Shown piece by piece: positions 1 through 8,860 of a DNA stretch of 18,788 nt. The stretch spans positions 1 to 18,788 of the forward strand of contig JAWBDT010000022.1 in the NCBI GenBank assembly GCA_038821645.1, given 5' to 3'. A program made the position numbers and the translations under genes. The number at the start of each line of letters is the position of its first letter. Position 1 is the first letter of the stretch. Under the pieces are notes generated by a model. It saw only the letters and a program-made list of their open reading frames with translations. It was not told where the DNA came from and did no database searches. The stretch is from Ignisphaera sp. (GTDB taxonomy: Archaea > Thermoproteota > Thermoprotei_A > Sulfolobales > Ignisphaeraceae).

Positions 1-21
1 CTATTTCATCAGCTAGTGCAG

Positions 22-836
22 GAAACTCCCAAAAGGGAGTAGAAAGATATGTAATAAAGTAATTGTGTCTTTGACAGAGACACAGATCTATAGAAACTCC
101 CAAAAGGGAGTAGAAAGTATGAGGTTCTTGGTGTAGTACGCTATCGTCATATTATATGGAAACTCCCAAAAGGGAGTAGAAAGAACGAATTCTATTAGCT
201 TTTTTAATTCAATATGATATTGATCTAGGAAACTCCCCAAAGGGAGTAGAAAGTTACACGGGCAAAGAAGTCGCTAGAATACTGGGAACAGTCAAGGAGG
301 AAACTCCCAAAAGGGAGTAGAAAGTTGATACAAAGTGACTTTAACGTCGGGTACGCTCTCGATGAGACCAAATATCTCGAAACTCCCAAAAGGGAGTAGA
401 AAGATTATGTCCATAGGCAAGAGATCTGGCGTCATCTGGATTCTCTTAAAGGAAACTCCCAAAAGGGAGTAGAAAGTTAAGCTTACAGTATATAGCATTG
501 AGATAGAATGTTGATTCCTTCTGGAAACTCCCAAAAGGGAGTAGAAAGCTGTATTGCTATAATTGCTACATGCGTTAGATGGACATGGATATCGAAACTC
601 CCAAAAGGGAGTAGAAAGCAACAATTCGCATGCATCAATGTATGGCGTTAAGTCAATATTTGAGAGACTCCCAAAAGGGAGTAGAAAGCTATTGATCTCA
701 AAGCTAAAACCTTGCCTGCATCAAGATATGATTTAGCATGAAACTCCCAAAAGGGAGTAGAAAGATCTTTATGTAGATAAAGGGTTCTATCTTCTAAAAT
801 ACTGTATCTAAGAAACTCCCAAAAGGGAGTAGAATG
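22..836 (+). CRISPR. CRISPR array, trailer end: 12 repeats GAAACTCCCAAAAGGGAGTAGAAAG (25 bp) and 11 complete spacers of 41-54 bp; probably continues left of the window
   Basis: Repeats start at 22, 93, 159, 229, 300, 379, 452, 524, 594, 664, 740 and 812. Internal hairpin ACTCCC-AAAA-GGGAGT. Single-base variants at 229 (loop CAAA) and 664 (GAGAC). The last copy ends GAATG. The GAAAG 3' end and the degenerate right-hand copy imply + strand transcription with the leader off-window to the left. Confidence 0.98.
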
Positions 837-902
837 GTGAATTCTATTGATACTAGAGCTAGAGGTCTATGGTTTTGGCTTGATCTAGAGATAGAAGTAG
901 AG

Positions 903-1649
903 TTATTTAACTGAATAGACTAGTGATCTAGGTTGATGAGTTTTAGTGTGTGTATGTATTGGGGGACCTATCAAGACTATATAGTTTCCGGATATGTTGT
1001 TTTCTTTTAGGATATTTTCGATATTGTTTAATGTGCATATGAATGTTTTCTGGTCTCTCCATGTAGCTCTATATACAATGGCTACTTCTGTATCTTTAGA
1101 GTATCCTGCTCTAATTAGTAGATCAATGATATTGTGTATACAAGAGCTGCCTAAGTATATTGCGATTGTTGAAACATCTCTAGCTGCTTGGAGAAGTTTA
1201 GCTATATCGTCTCTAATTGGTGTTCTACATGAAGGTCTTACTATAACTATAGTCTGGAGTTTTTCTGGTATAGTTAGAGATGTTTTTAGAACAGAAGCTG
1301 CAGCAGTCATTGCTGTTACACCGGGTATGATCTCGTAGTCTATTCCTGCTTTCTCGAGCTCACTTATCTCTTCTAGTAATGCTCCATAGATTGATGGATC
1401 TCCTGATTTCAGTCTCACAACAATTCTGCCTTCTCTAGCTTTTCTAACCATTATATCGACTATTTCTTCTAAACTCATTGCAGAACTTCTATAGATTTCG
1501 CATCCCTCTTTCACATACTTCAGTATCTCTGGATTTACAAGAGAATCAGCATATATAACTACATCTGCTTCTCTGATCACTTTAAGCGCTTTTAGTGTTA
1601 TTAACTCAGGATCTCCAGGACCAGCACCAACTATATATACTTTGCCCAT
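903..1649 (-). CDS. cbiF: Cobalt-precorrin-4 C11-methyltransferase
   Basis: GAGPGDPELIT, YADSLVN, RLKSGDPSIYG, PGVTA, QTIVI, VYRATW and C-terminal RSLVY, all CbiF/CobM-like; last gene of the cbi operon. Confidence 0.93.
   Translation of the reverse strand: MGKVYIVGAGPGDPELITLKALKVIREADVVIYADSLVNPEILKYVKEGCEIYRSSAMSLEEIVDIMVRKAREGRIVVRLKSGDPSIYGALLEEISELEKAGIDYEIIPGVTAMTAAASVLKTSLTIPEKLQTIVIVRPSCRTPIRDDIAKLLQAARDVSTIAIYLGSSCIHNIIDLLIRAGYSKDTEVAIVYRATWRDQKTFICTLNNIENILKENNISGNYIVLIGPPIHTHTKTHQPRSLVYSVK
1591..1648 (-). repeat. 58-bp perfect inverted repeat, left copy (5' end of cbiF)
   Basis: Reverse complement is identical to 12089-12146. Confidence 0.95.
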
Positions 1650-1655
1650 AGATAT

Positions 1656-2309
1656 TCATCTCCTAGCTATAACTAGAGAAATATAGTCTTCATCTATAAT
1701 ATCTCTACCTATCACCTCATCTTCTGTAAAACACCTCTTCGCATAAACTATCCTGAATCCCTTTTGAGCTAGAGATTCTGCAGCCTTAGCCATAATCTTA
1801 CCGCCTTTAACAACAACCACAGTATTGAAGTAGCCAACTACATCTCCTAGAGCCTCTACTCTAGCTGAAGGCACTATAGCTATAGCTTCATCACCTAAAG
1901 CAAGAGGCATTAAAACTCTATCAGCACATGCATATATTGCTGAAACTCCTGGCACAATCTCGATATACACATCATCTAGACATTTCATTGAAGCTAGTAG
2001 ATGTGCCGATGTACTATATAGAGAAGGTTCACCTAACACAGCTATAGCTATACAGCTAAACTTGTGAAGAGCATTACAAACCTCTCTAGCTGCTTTCTCA
2101 ACCCAAGTCTTATCACCCATAGATACACTAAGTTTAATCACTTTAGATGCAATAGATATCTTCTCGACAATAGATAACGCTATACTGTCATCAACCTTAC
2201 TACTCATAGGTATGAAAACCACTTCTGCTTCTCTAAGCCTATTCAATCCCTTAACTGTGATTAACTCTGGATCACCAGGTCCAAGACCAACTACATAAAG
2301 CTTTCTCAA
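1656..2309 (-). CDS. cbiL: Cobalt-precorrin-2 (factor II) C20-methyltransferase
   Basis: GLGPGDPELITVKG, VVFIP, SIALSIV, LGEPSLYST, PGVSA, PLALGDE; TTG start overlaps the cbiT stop (TTGA) with GGTGA upstream. Confidence 0.88.
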   Translation of the reverse strand: MRKLYVVGLGPGDPELITVKGLNRLREAEVVFIPMSSKVDDSIALSIVEKISIASKVIKLSVSMGDKTWVEKAAREVCNALHKFSCIAIAVLGEPSLYSTSAHLLASMKCLDDVYIEIVPGVSAIYACADRVLMPLALGDEAIAIVPSARVEALGDVVGYFNTVVVVKGGKIMAKAAESLAQKGFRIVYAKRCFTEDEVIGRDIIDEDYISLVIARR

Positions 2310-2899
2310 GTCTTTTCACCAGCAATAATGAATACAGGATTGCCTCCCCTAAGAAATAACCCATAGCCTAGAGGCTCACCTCTAGCCACTTGAACCATAA
2401 CCACCTCTAGCTTCATGCCAAGCTTCTTCATAATCGATAAAGCTGTATAAATATTCTCTAGCAGAGTTAGATTCAAAACAATCCTTCTACCATACCTCAA
2501 TCTATCAAACGCTACAGCTATTATCTCATCCAATCTACCAGAGCTACCCCCAATAAATACAGCATCTAGCTCTCTAGGAAGTAGAGATAAAGCATTTGGA
2601 GCCTCACCATGTATAAACCTTATAACTCTATCCACACCAAATCTTGTAGCATTTCTTTTCGCAATCTCTATAGCCTTCTCATTTCTATCGATAGCATATA
2701 CAACACCTTTAGAGCCAACAATATTAGCTAACTCGATAGCAATACTACCTGTTCCACAACCAATATCTACAACCACATCACCTTCTCTAATCCTCATCTT
2801 CGATATAGAGATAACCCTGACCTCCTCTTTAGTCATAACTATACCCTCAAGCTTATCAAACATTTCATCAGGTATACCATAGGTTCTATAGCTCCACAT
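2306..2899 (-). CDS. cbiT: Cobalt-precorrin-6B C15-methyltransferase (decarboxylating)
   Basis: GIPDEMF, MTKEEVR, class I SAM motif DIGCGTGSI, VFIGGS, GGNPVFI. Start is ATG 2899 (TGATG overlap) or TTG 2902. Confidence 0.93.
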   Translation of the reverse strand: MWSYRTYGIPDEMFDKLEGIVMTKEEVRVISISKMRIREGDVVVDIGCGTGSIAIELANIVGSKGVVYAIDRNEKAIEIAKRNATRFGVDRVIRFIHGEAPNALSLLPRELDAVFIGGSSGRLDEIIAVAFDRLRYGRRIVLNLTLLENIYTALSIMKKLGMKLEVVMVQVARGEPLGYGLFLRGGNPVFIIAGEKT

Positions 2900-3954
2900 C
2901 AAGTCTCAGCCCTAGCCAAGATACCTCCATCATAACTGAATACCAGTATCTCGATAATAGAGTTACTACACAATCTACGTAAATGGTTTAGAGCCTTTCT
3001 AGCCACATAGCTAAAGACAAGTGAAGCACTACTCCCTATAGTATCTAGAGCTTCTCTCACAGAAGAAGCTGCAGAAACCCTCTTAACAACATCTATATCT
3101 AGACCTACTGCAACACATGCATGAGTTAAAGCCTCTATTCTTGCATCACCTACTCTACTACTTGTATTCATTATACCAACACTTAGCTTCAGAACCTTAG
3201 AAGGCTGAATAGCTACAACTATACGAGAAAAACCTGCTTTCGAAGCTTCACTAACAGCAAATCCCACACTATCACCAACCTTAACTATAATCTCTGGACT
3301 GTATATCTGTGATGCATAATCGAAGGTTCTATTCCCTGTTGCTAAAACTATAACTGTGCTTCTAGATCTAACAATACTTATCTCTAGAGATATTCTATGT
3401 ACATCATCTTCAGCACTCACTGGCCACTCGATACCCGTGGTACCTAGAATGGATATACCATCAACTATACCTAGAGACTCATTCAAAGTCTTCTTCGCAA
3501 TCTCTTCACCATTTGGAACCTCTATAACTACATCTAAACCTATACCTTTTGCTACTTCTCTAATAGCTTCAATAATCATGCTTCTAGCTGTTGGCGATAT
3601 AGCGCTTTCACCAACAGGTATCTGGAGACCTGATCGAGCCACAATCCCCACCCCTCTACCACCAACAACATTAACAATATCATCTTTTCTCTGCTTAACA
3701 CATACAACAATAGAGATACCATCAAGAACATCAACATTATCGCCAGAAAACTTTCTAACAGAAGCACAAACACTATCACCATATACAAAGATCTGCTCTA
3801 CAGGTATCTCTAGTCTAAGCCCCACAGGTGTTGGAATTGTTACAGAACTGGGCTTCACTCTATGGAGAAGAAATACTGTAGCTGCTTTAGCTGCTGCAGC
3901 AGCTGCTGCTCCAGTTGTTATACCGAATCTTTTAAAGAACTGAACTATACTCAA
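2899..3954 (-). CDS. cbiD: Cobalt-precorrin-5B C1-methyltransferase
   Basis: GITTGAAAAAAAKAA, KFSGDNVDV, GGRGVG, KTLNESLGIVDGISILGTTG: CbiD family motifs. Confidence 0.95.
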   Translation of the reverse strand: MSIVQFFKRFGITTGAAAAAAAKAATVFLLHRVKPSSVTIPTPVGLRLEIPVEQIFVYGDSVCASVRKFSGDNVDVLDGISIVVCVKQRKDDIVNVVGGRGVGIVARSGLQIPVGESAISPTARSMIIEAIREVAKGIGLDVVIEVPNGEEIAKKTLNESLGIVDGISILGTTGIEWPVSAEDDVHRISLEISIVRSRSTVIVLATGNRTFDYASQIYSPEIIVKVGDSVGFAVSEASKAGFSRIVVAIQPSKVLKLSVGIMNTSSRVGDARIEALTHACVAVGLDIDVVKRVSAASSVREALDTIGSSASLVFSYVARKALNHLRRLCSNSIIEILVFSYDGGILARAET

Positions 3955-4694
3955 AGCCTATACCCTCTCTGAGTCACCATATAGTTTCTATAGATGATTG
4001 TCTTCGAAGAACCAACTATAATCGTTGTCCCCATATCTATATAGTCGCGATATTCAATCCAATCCTTTAGCCTAGTCACAAATACCTTCTCACCATCTCT
4101 ATAAACATTTCTAGCAATACCGACAGGAGTATCGCTAGATCTAAACCTTGCTACAGTATTCATAGCCTGTTCCACAAGATCAAGTTTAACCGGATTATAG
4201 AACACTATAACGAAATCTCCTTTTGCAGCATGCTCTACCTTGCTCAAGATAACTTCTCTAGGGATAAGGATATCGCTTAAATTAATTACAGCAAAATCAG
4301 ATGCTAGTGGTGCTCCAAGTTTTGCAGCAGCAGCTAAAGCAGCTGTAACACCAGGGATTATAGTTACATCAACATCTATACCGTTTTTAGCTATATATTC
4401 AAGCAGAATACCAGCCATACCATAGACTTGTGGATCTCCACCCGATACTAATGCAACTATCTCGCCATTTAGAGCATACTCTACTGCTTTTTTCACTCTC
4501 TCGACTTCTTCCCTCATACCATACTCAACAACCCTCTTATTCACTAGCACATCCCTAATGAAATCTATGTACCTTTTATACCCAAGCACTACACTACTTT
4601 CTTCAATAGCCTTGAGAACAGCAATAGTTCTAAGCTCTAGTGCTCCAGGACCTATCCCAACAACATATATCTTGCCTCTACATCTGTTTAACAT
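3951..4694 (-). CDS. cbiH: Cobalt-precorrin-3 (factor III) C17-methyltransferase
   Basis: GIGPG, GYKRY, GMREEVER, SGGDPQVYGMAG, GAPLASDFAVINLSD, FYNP, IDMGTTIIVG, C-terminal TQRGY. Confidence 0.93.
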   Translation of the reverse strand: MLNRCRGKIYVVGIGPGALELRTIAVLKAIEESSVVLGYKRYIDFIRDVLVNKRVVEYGMREEVERVKKAVEYALNGEIVALVSGGDPQVYGMAGILLEYIAKNGIDVDVTIIPGVTAALAAAAKLGAPLASDFAVINLSDILIPREVILSKVEHAAKGDFVIVFYNPVKLDLVEQAMNTVARFRSSDTPVGIARNVYRDGEKVFVTRLKDWIEYRDYIDMGTTIIVGSSKTIIYRNYMVTQRGYRL

Positions 4695-5718
4695 ACTCTA
4701 CAACACCATTGAAAATAGCTACAGCAAGCGAACTTCCACCATAGCTACCTCGAACAGTTATACATGGGATACCAGATCTTATTAATCTCTCTTTAACTAC
4801 TACAGCATTAACAAACCCCGGTGGTGTAGCTATAGCGAAGGGAATCTCGATTAAAGACTTGTTAACCATTTCTAAGACTTGTGAAAGTGCTAGTGGTGAA
4901 TTACCTATGATAGGTATAAATATTCTGTATCTCGAAGCTGCAACAACCATTGATGCAGCAGTTCTAGCCATATTCATTTCTTTTGCTAGCTTAACTGTAT
5001 CTTCATGATCTATAAACGTATACTTCTCTCTCCACCTAATACCTGAATAAACCATCTTAACATCTGTAACCACAGGTATCTTCTGATTAATCAAAACCTC
5101 TCTAGCTACATCTAGAAACCTTGGATGTATATAGGTATGGTACGCTAGATCAAGATTACCGCTAGCAAACACAACTCTAGCCATAACCATTTTCTCGAAA
5201 TCGCTAGTCTCTATAATAGTGTTAAGCAGTAGATTGATTCTCTCTAGAGACTCTGTCTCTATTCTAGAGACATTCTTCTCGACAGAGAGAACCTTCTGCT
5301 TCAACATACTGATAGACCTATTTATACTGTTAGCTATCATAAGCTTAAACAGTGTTGTACTAGAGATAGGTGAGGTAATGTATAGATTGAAGATATATCC
5401 TTTCCACATAACCTTCATCCACTGATCAAACACAAGATTATCCATAAACTTACCCACTATATCGCGAACAACATGCTTACCCTTGGCTATGAATAGAAGA
5501 ACCATAACGATATTCGTAACACCTCTCTCTAGAACTTCTTCCAAAACCTCTTCCCAGTGAGGAACAGACACATTTCCCACTTTTTCGTTATACGCTAAAT
5601 GTATCTCTAGATCTTGTTCAACAATAAACATTTTCATAGATTCAATAACGTTCTTAAGATCTCTGTAGACCTCGATTGAGCTTGATCCATGTGCAATAAC
5701 AATTATTGAGACCTTCAT
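4678..5718 (-). CDS. cbiC: Fusion of short CbiX cobaltochelatase (N-terminal) and CbiC cobalt-precorrin-8 methylmutase (C-terminal)
   Basis: N-domain has AHGS and LFIAKGKHVVRDI (CbiX metal-binding His motifs). C-domain has IETESL, VTDVKMV, IGNSPLAL, PPGFV, GGSSLAVAIFN. Start is placed at ATG 5718 (TGATG overlap with cbiE, GAGGTG upstream) rather than the ORF-track 5736. Confidence 0.9.
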   Translation of the reverse strand: MKVSIIVIAHGSSSIEVYRDLKNVIESMKMFIVEQDLEIHLAYNEKVGNVSVPHWEEVLEEVLERGVTNIVMVLLFIAKGKHVVRDIVGKFMDNLVFDQWMKVMWKGYIFNLYITSPISSTTLFKLMIANSINRSISMLKQKVLSVEKNVSRIETESLERINLLLNTIIETSDFEKMVMARVVFASGNLDLAYHTYIHPRFLDVAREVLINQKIPVVTDVKMVYSGIRWREKYTFIDHEDTVKLAKEMNMARTAASMVVAASRYRIFIPIIGNSPLALSQVLEMVNKSLIEIPFAIATPPGFVNAVVVKERLIRSGIPCITVRGSYGGSSLAVAIFNGVVEYVKQM

Positions 5719-6395
5719 CAATACACCTCTGTACAAGGCTCTATAACGAGAATTGTATAAGCATCTAGATCTCTATCCATTGAGAGCATTTCCGAAAGCT
5801 TGAATTTAACCACATTTTCTTCTGAAAAAGATAGTCTCTGAAACATATATACAGTAGAGTCACAGACCATCTTCTCGCTTATCTTCTTAACCATAGCAAT
5901 CACATCAACAAAATTTGTTCTAGGGTAGATGATTAGATATCTGTTTAGCCTAAGGATATCCTCTATAGATGCTAGATCCTCTTCGATATTTTTAGATGAA
6001 TGGAGAGATAGAACAACAGTATTACCTAGATCTATATGTAGTTTTGCAAGAACTAGATTAACTGAAGAGACTCCCGAGATAATAATATGGTCTACTCTAT
6101 ACATTCTACAGAAACTGATTACAGTATTCATCAAGTTTCTCTCAGATACAAATGGATCACCCCTCAGAAGAAGACAAACATCTTCTGAATATGCTCTTTT
6201 CACAATACTCTCCACAAACTCATGTACACGTCTGCTATCTATCTCGATAACCTCTTTTCTCCCGATCAACCATCTAAATTGCTCTAGAATCTTCCTCCAT
6301 GCAGCAACAGTAACACACTTAGCTATAGCCTTTAGAGCCTTGATGGTTATATACTCAGGATCTCCTGGTCCTACCCCAACTACATATAGAACCAT
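5718..6395 (-). CDS. cbiE: Cobalt-precorrin-7 C5-methyltransferase
   Basis: GVGPGDPEYIT, RGDPFVS, SGVSSV, VLSLH, QRLSFSEE; the remaining class III methyltransferase role in the operon. Confidence 0.82.
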   Translation of the reverse strand: MVLYVVGVGPGDPEYITIKALKAIAKCVTVAAWRKILEQFRWLIGRKEVIEIDSRRVHEFVESIVKRAYSEDVCLLLRGDPFVSERNLMNTVISFCRMYRVDHIIISGVSSVNLVLAKLHIDLGNTVVLSLHSSKNIEEDLASIEDILRLNRYLIIYPRTNFVDVIAMVKKISEKMVCDSTVYMFQRLSFSEENVVKFKLSEMLSMDRDLDAYTILVIEPCTEVY

Positions 6396-7402
6396 TAATG
6401 ATCACGACACGAAGCCATAGCTATAGTAACATTCCTTCTAAACACACGTTTCCTAAAGATGAGATGAGCCTTACCGCTACATCCATAGATTGCACAAGCT
6501 TCTGCAACACCTCTAAACCCATACTTAACTATATTTGGAGAAGGTGGTGTTAGACATATATCATCTATACTGTTTATCTCATCAAGTTTCACAAGCTTAA
6601 AAGGTACACCAAGAATATTGGCAACTTCTTTAACTATAGGTTTTATAGAAACAATACATTTGATTGATGATAAATCTATATTTACCTCATCTAGAGCTTC
6701 CCTAATAGCTATAGCAACTTCATTTGCATCTGTATCGTTATGAGCACCTACACCTATAGATATTGTGTAAGGTTTACACCAAACTATTCTAGCATTCTCT
6801 AGATCAATATCTATATCACTATTTTTTGAACGAACAAAGAAAATATACCTACATTTACCGCCATCAACTATATACTTCCCTCTAACAATCGAGGGCATAC
6901 TATCGATACCATATACACATATCTCTTCACCTCTCAGTAGAGCTGAATCAAGTATCTGAACATCATCAATATTCTCTATATGGCAATGAAGAATCCTTGC
7001 CAACTGTTCAATACTTGTAATCCCTCGAGAATCTGAAGCTGTTGTTATAACAGGTTCTAGCTTAAGTATTCTCGACAACTCTAACGCAATCTCGTTTGCA
7101 CCCCAATGAGCACCAATAACCGGTATCACGAATCTACCGCTAGGATCTACAACAATAACTGGAGGATCAATAGATTTATGTACAAGTTTTCCACATAGAG
7201 TTCTAACAGCAACACCAATAGGAGAAATAAATATGAGTGCATCATAACACTTTAATAGGTTATCAATATCGAAGCTCTTTATGGATCCAATAACTATTGG
7301 AACCCCATAGCTAGATATCTGAGTCCCAATATTTTTCGCAATAGTCTTTTCACTATCTGATGTATATAAAATAGCCATTCCTCTCCAAAGAGTCTCCAGC
7401 AA
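6395..7402 (-). CDS. cbiG: Cobalt-precorrin-5A hydrolase
   Basis: GVAVR, KSIDPPVIVVD, GAHWGANE, PVITTASD, IGVGA, GVAEACA, VTIAMA. Confidence 0.93.
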   Translation of the reverse strand: MLETLWRGMAILYTSDSEKTIAKNIGTQISSYGVPIVIGSIKSFDIDNLLKCYDALIFISPIGVAVRTLCGKLVHKSIDPPVIVVDPSGRFVIPVIGAHWGANEIALELSRILKLEPVITTASDSRGITSIEQLARILHCHIENIDDVQILDSALLRGEEICVYGIDSMPSIVRGKYIVDGGKCRYIFFVRSKNSDIDIDLENARIVWCKPYTISIGVGAHNDTDANEVAIAIREALDEVNIDLSSIKCIVSIKPIVKEVANILGVPFKLVKLDEINSIDDICLTPPSPNIVKYGFRGVAEACAIYGCSGKAHLIFRKRVFRRNVTIAMASCRDH

Positions 7403-7591
7403 CTCTTATCAACCACACTATATGTGTACAGGCTAGCCATATATAACCCTATTCTATTTAACTCACTCTTAACTCTAAATCTCTTTATAGTTGATGGTGA
7501 ACAGAACTATGAATATTTCTGGTATATAGTTTGTAAACAATAGCTTTATATTCTGATTTAAATTCATCTGAAATATGGCTAGGGTAACCAC
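7403..7591. promoter_or_regulatory. Divergent promoter region for the cbiG and hemA operons
   Basis: TATA-like TTTATATT at 7545-7552 (+) after an A-rich BRE-like stretch; TTATATAT at 7446-7439 (-). Exact promoter positions are inferred. Confidence 0.6.
7422..7442 (-). promoter_or_regulatory. Candidate 21-bp operator, copy 1 (cbiG): ATATGGCTAGCCTGTACACAT
   Basis: 14 of 21 positions are identical across the three copies, each at an operon start. Confidence 0.6.
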
Positions 7592-7593
7592 AT
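7573..7593 (+). promoter_or_regulatory. Candidate 21-bp operator, copy 2 (hemA): ATATGGCTAGGGTAACCACAT
   Basis: Begins 20 nt downstream of the TATA-like box and overlaps the hemA ATG. Confidence 0.65.
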
Positions 7594-8860
7594 GATTAAT
7601 ACAATAGCGCTCTCACAATCTTTAGCAGCATATACATTAACATTCAGAAAACTATCGCCAGATATTCTTGCCTCTCTAAGAACAAAACATAGAGACCTCT
7701 ATAGAGCTATGTGTAGCAATGGAATTAGCTGTGTAGTTCTATCAACATGCCTAAGATTCGAAGTCTATATACATACAGAAGGAGAGGATAGATGGAACTT
7801 TATAGAAAAACATCTAGAGAATATGTTAGGAGACTACAAGATTTACATAGATAAGCATGTGGGTATTGATGCCATAAGATATCTATTCGAGGTTTCATCA
7901 GGTCTTCATTCACAAATTGTTGGTGAATGGGAAATACTTGAGCAAGTTGAAGAAGCACTAAAACGCTCTATAGAGTTTTCCTGTAGCTCATGGCTTCTCG
8001 AAAAATTGTTTCGAAAAGCTGTTGATGTTGGGCGAAAAGTTAGGATCCAGTTCATGGGTCTAGAGACACATGATAGAGGATATCCACAGATTGGTATCAA
8101 GATTCTGTCTAAAGCTCTAGGTGATTTAAACGATAAGAGGCTTATGTTCATAGGCTCTGGCCATGCAATTCGTAGAGCTATTAGATACCTCATGAAATAC
8201 TATAGACCTTCCATAGTTGTGGTCATTAGTGAAGACATCAATAAGGCTACCAGTATCTGTAGCATGTATGGAGAAAGCTGTATACCGCTTCCATTTAGCG
8301 ATCTAATTGAATGGCTAACGAAAATCGATGGAATATTTATAGCTATCTCAAATCTTGGTAATGAGTACTTAAGCAAGATAAGACAAGCTGTTGAATCTCT
8401 GAAAATACCTGTAGTTGATATTTCATTACCTCCTATAGTAAAAGAGATTCATGAAAAGATATACACTTTCTATGATATCCAAAGATATGCTGAAGAAGCT
8501 AACGAGACTACTGTCTCGTGTATAGACAAGATAAAAAAGACAATAGATAGAGAGGTAGAAGCTTTTCTACTGAGTATAGCTAGAGACATGGTGACAAATC
8601 GCTTAGCATCAATAATGAAGGCTGCTGAAGTACTAGCTATATATTCTGCTGAAAAACTGGTTAAAGAGCTTAGAATATCTGAAGAGAGTAGAGAGATAGT
8701 TGTAGCTGCTTTTCGTAATTATGCACACAAAATCTTGATCCCATTGATAGATACAATGTTGCAGAAAAGCTTACAGAACGAGAAGTATGGTGAATACATA
8801 AACTCTATACTCACTCATTTCGAAAACAAGCTGAATTCTCTCATTGATTCGGTGAAGTAG
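7592..8860 (+). CDS. hemA: Glutamyl-tRNA reductase (divergent)
   Basis: STCLRFEVY (catalytic Cys), SGLHSQIVGEWEILEQV, AVDVGRKVR, Rossmann-like FIGSG, VDISLP; first gene of the hem operon. Confidence 0.9.
   Translation: MINTIALSQSLAAYTLTFRKLSPDILASLRTKHRDLYRAMCSNGISCVVLSTCLRFEVYIHTEGEDRWNFIEKHLENMLGDYKIYIDKHVGIDAIRYLFEVSSGLHSQIVGEWEILEQVEEALKRSIEFSCSSWLLEKLFRKAVDVGRKVRIQFMGLETHDRGYPQIGIKILSKALGDLNDKRLMFIGSGHAIRRAIRYLMKYYRPSIVVVISEDINKATSICSMYGESCIPLPFSDLIEWLTKIDGIFIAISNLGNEYLSKIRQAVESLKIPVVDISLPPIVKEIHEKIYTFYDIQRYAEEANETTVSCIDKIKKTIDREVEAFLLSIARDMVTNRLASIMKAAEVLAIYSAEKLVKELRISEESREIVVAAFRNYAHKILIPLIDTMLQKSLQNEKYGEYINSILTHFENKLNSLIDSVK

Noticed and set aside
292-624. 110-aa minus-strand ORF
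   Set aside because: It is a translation of CRISPR repeats and spacers (recurring LSTPFWEF and FYSLLGVS).
47-811. Self-targeting spacers (for example spacer 2 TATGAGGTTCT vs 12613-12623)
   Set aside because: Only matches of about 11 bp or less were seen, as expected by chance.
3880-3910. GCT/GCA triplet run as a microsatellite
   Set aside because: It encodes the Ala-rich N-terminal motif normal for CbiD.
994-6420. Alternative ORFs 994-1338, 3356-3943, 3576-3788, 4240-4425, 4558-4785, 5219-5425 and 5929-6420
   Set aside because: Antisense or off-frame shadows of well-supported cbi genes, with no recognisable motifs.
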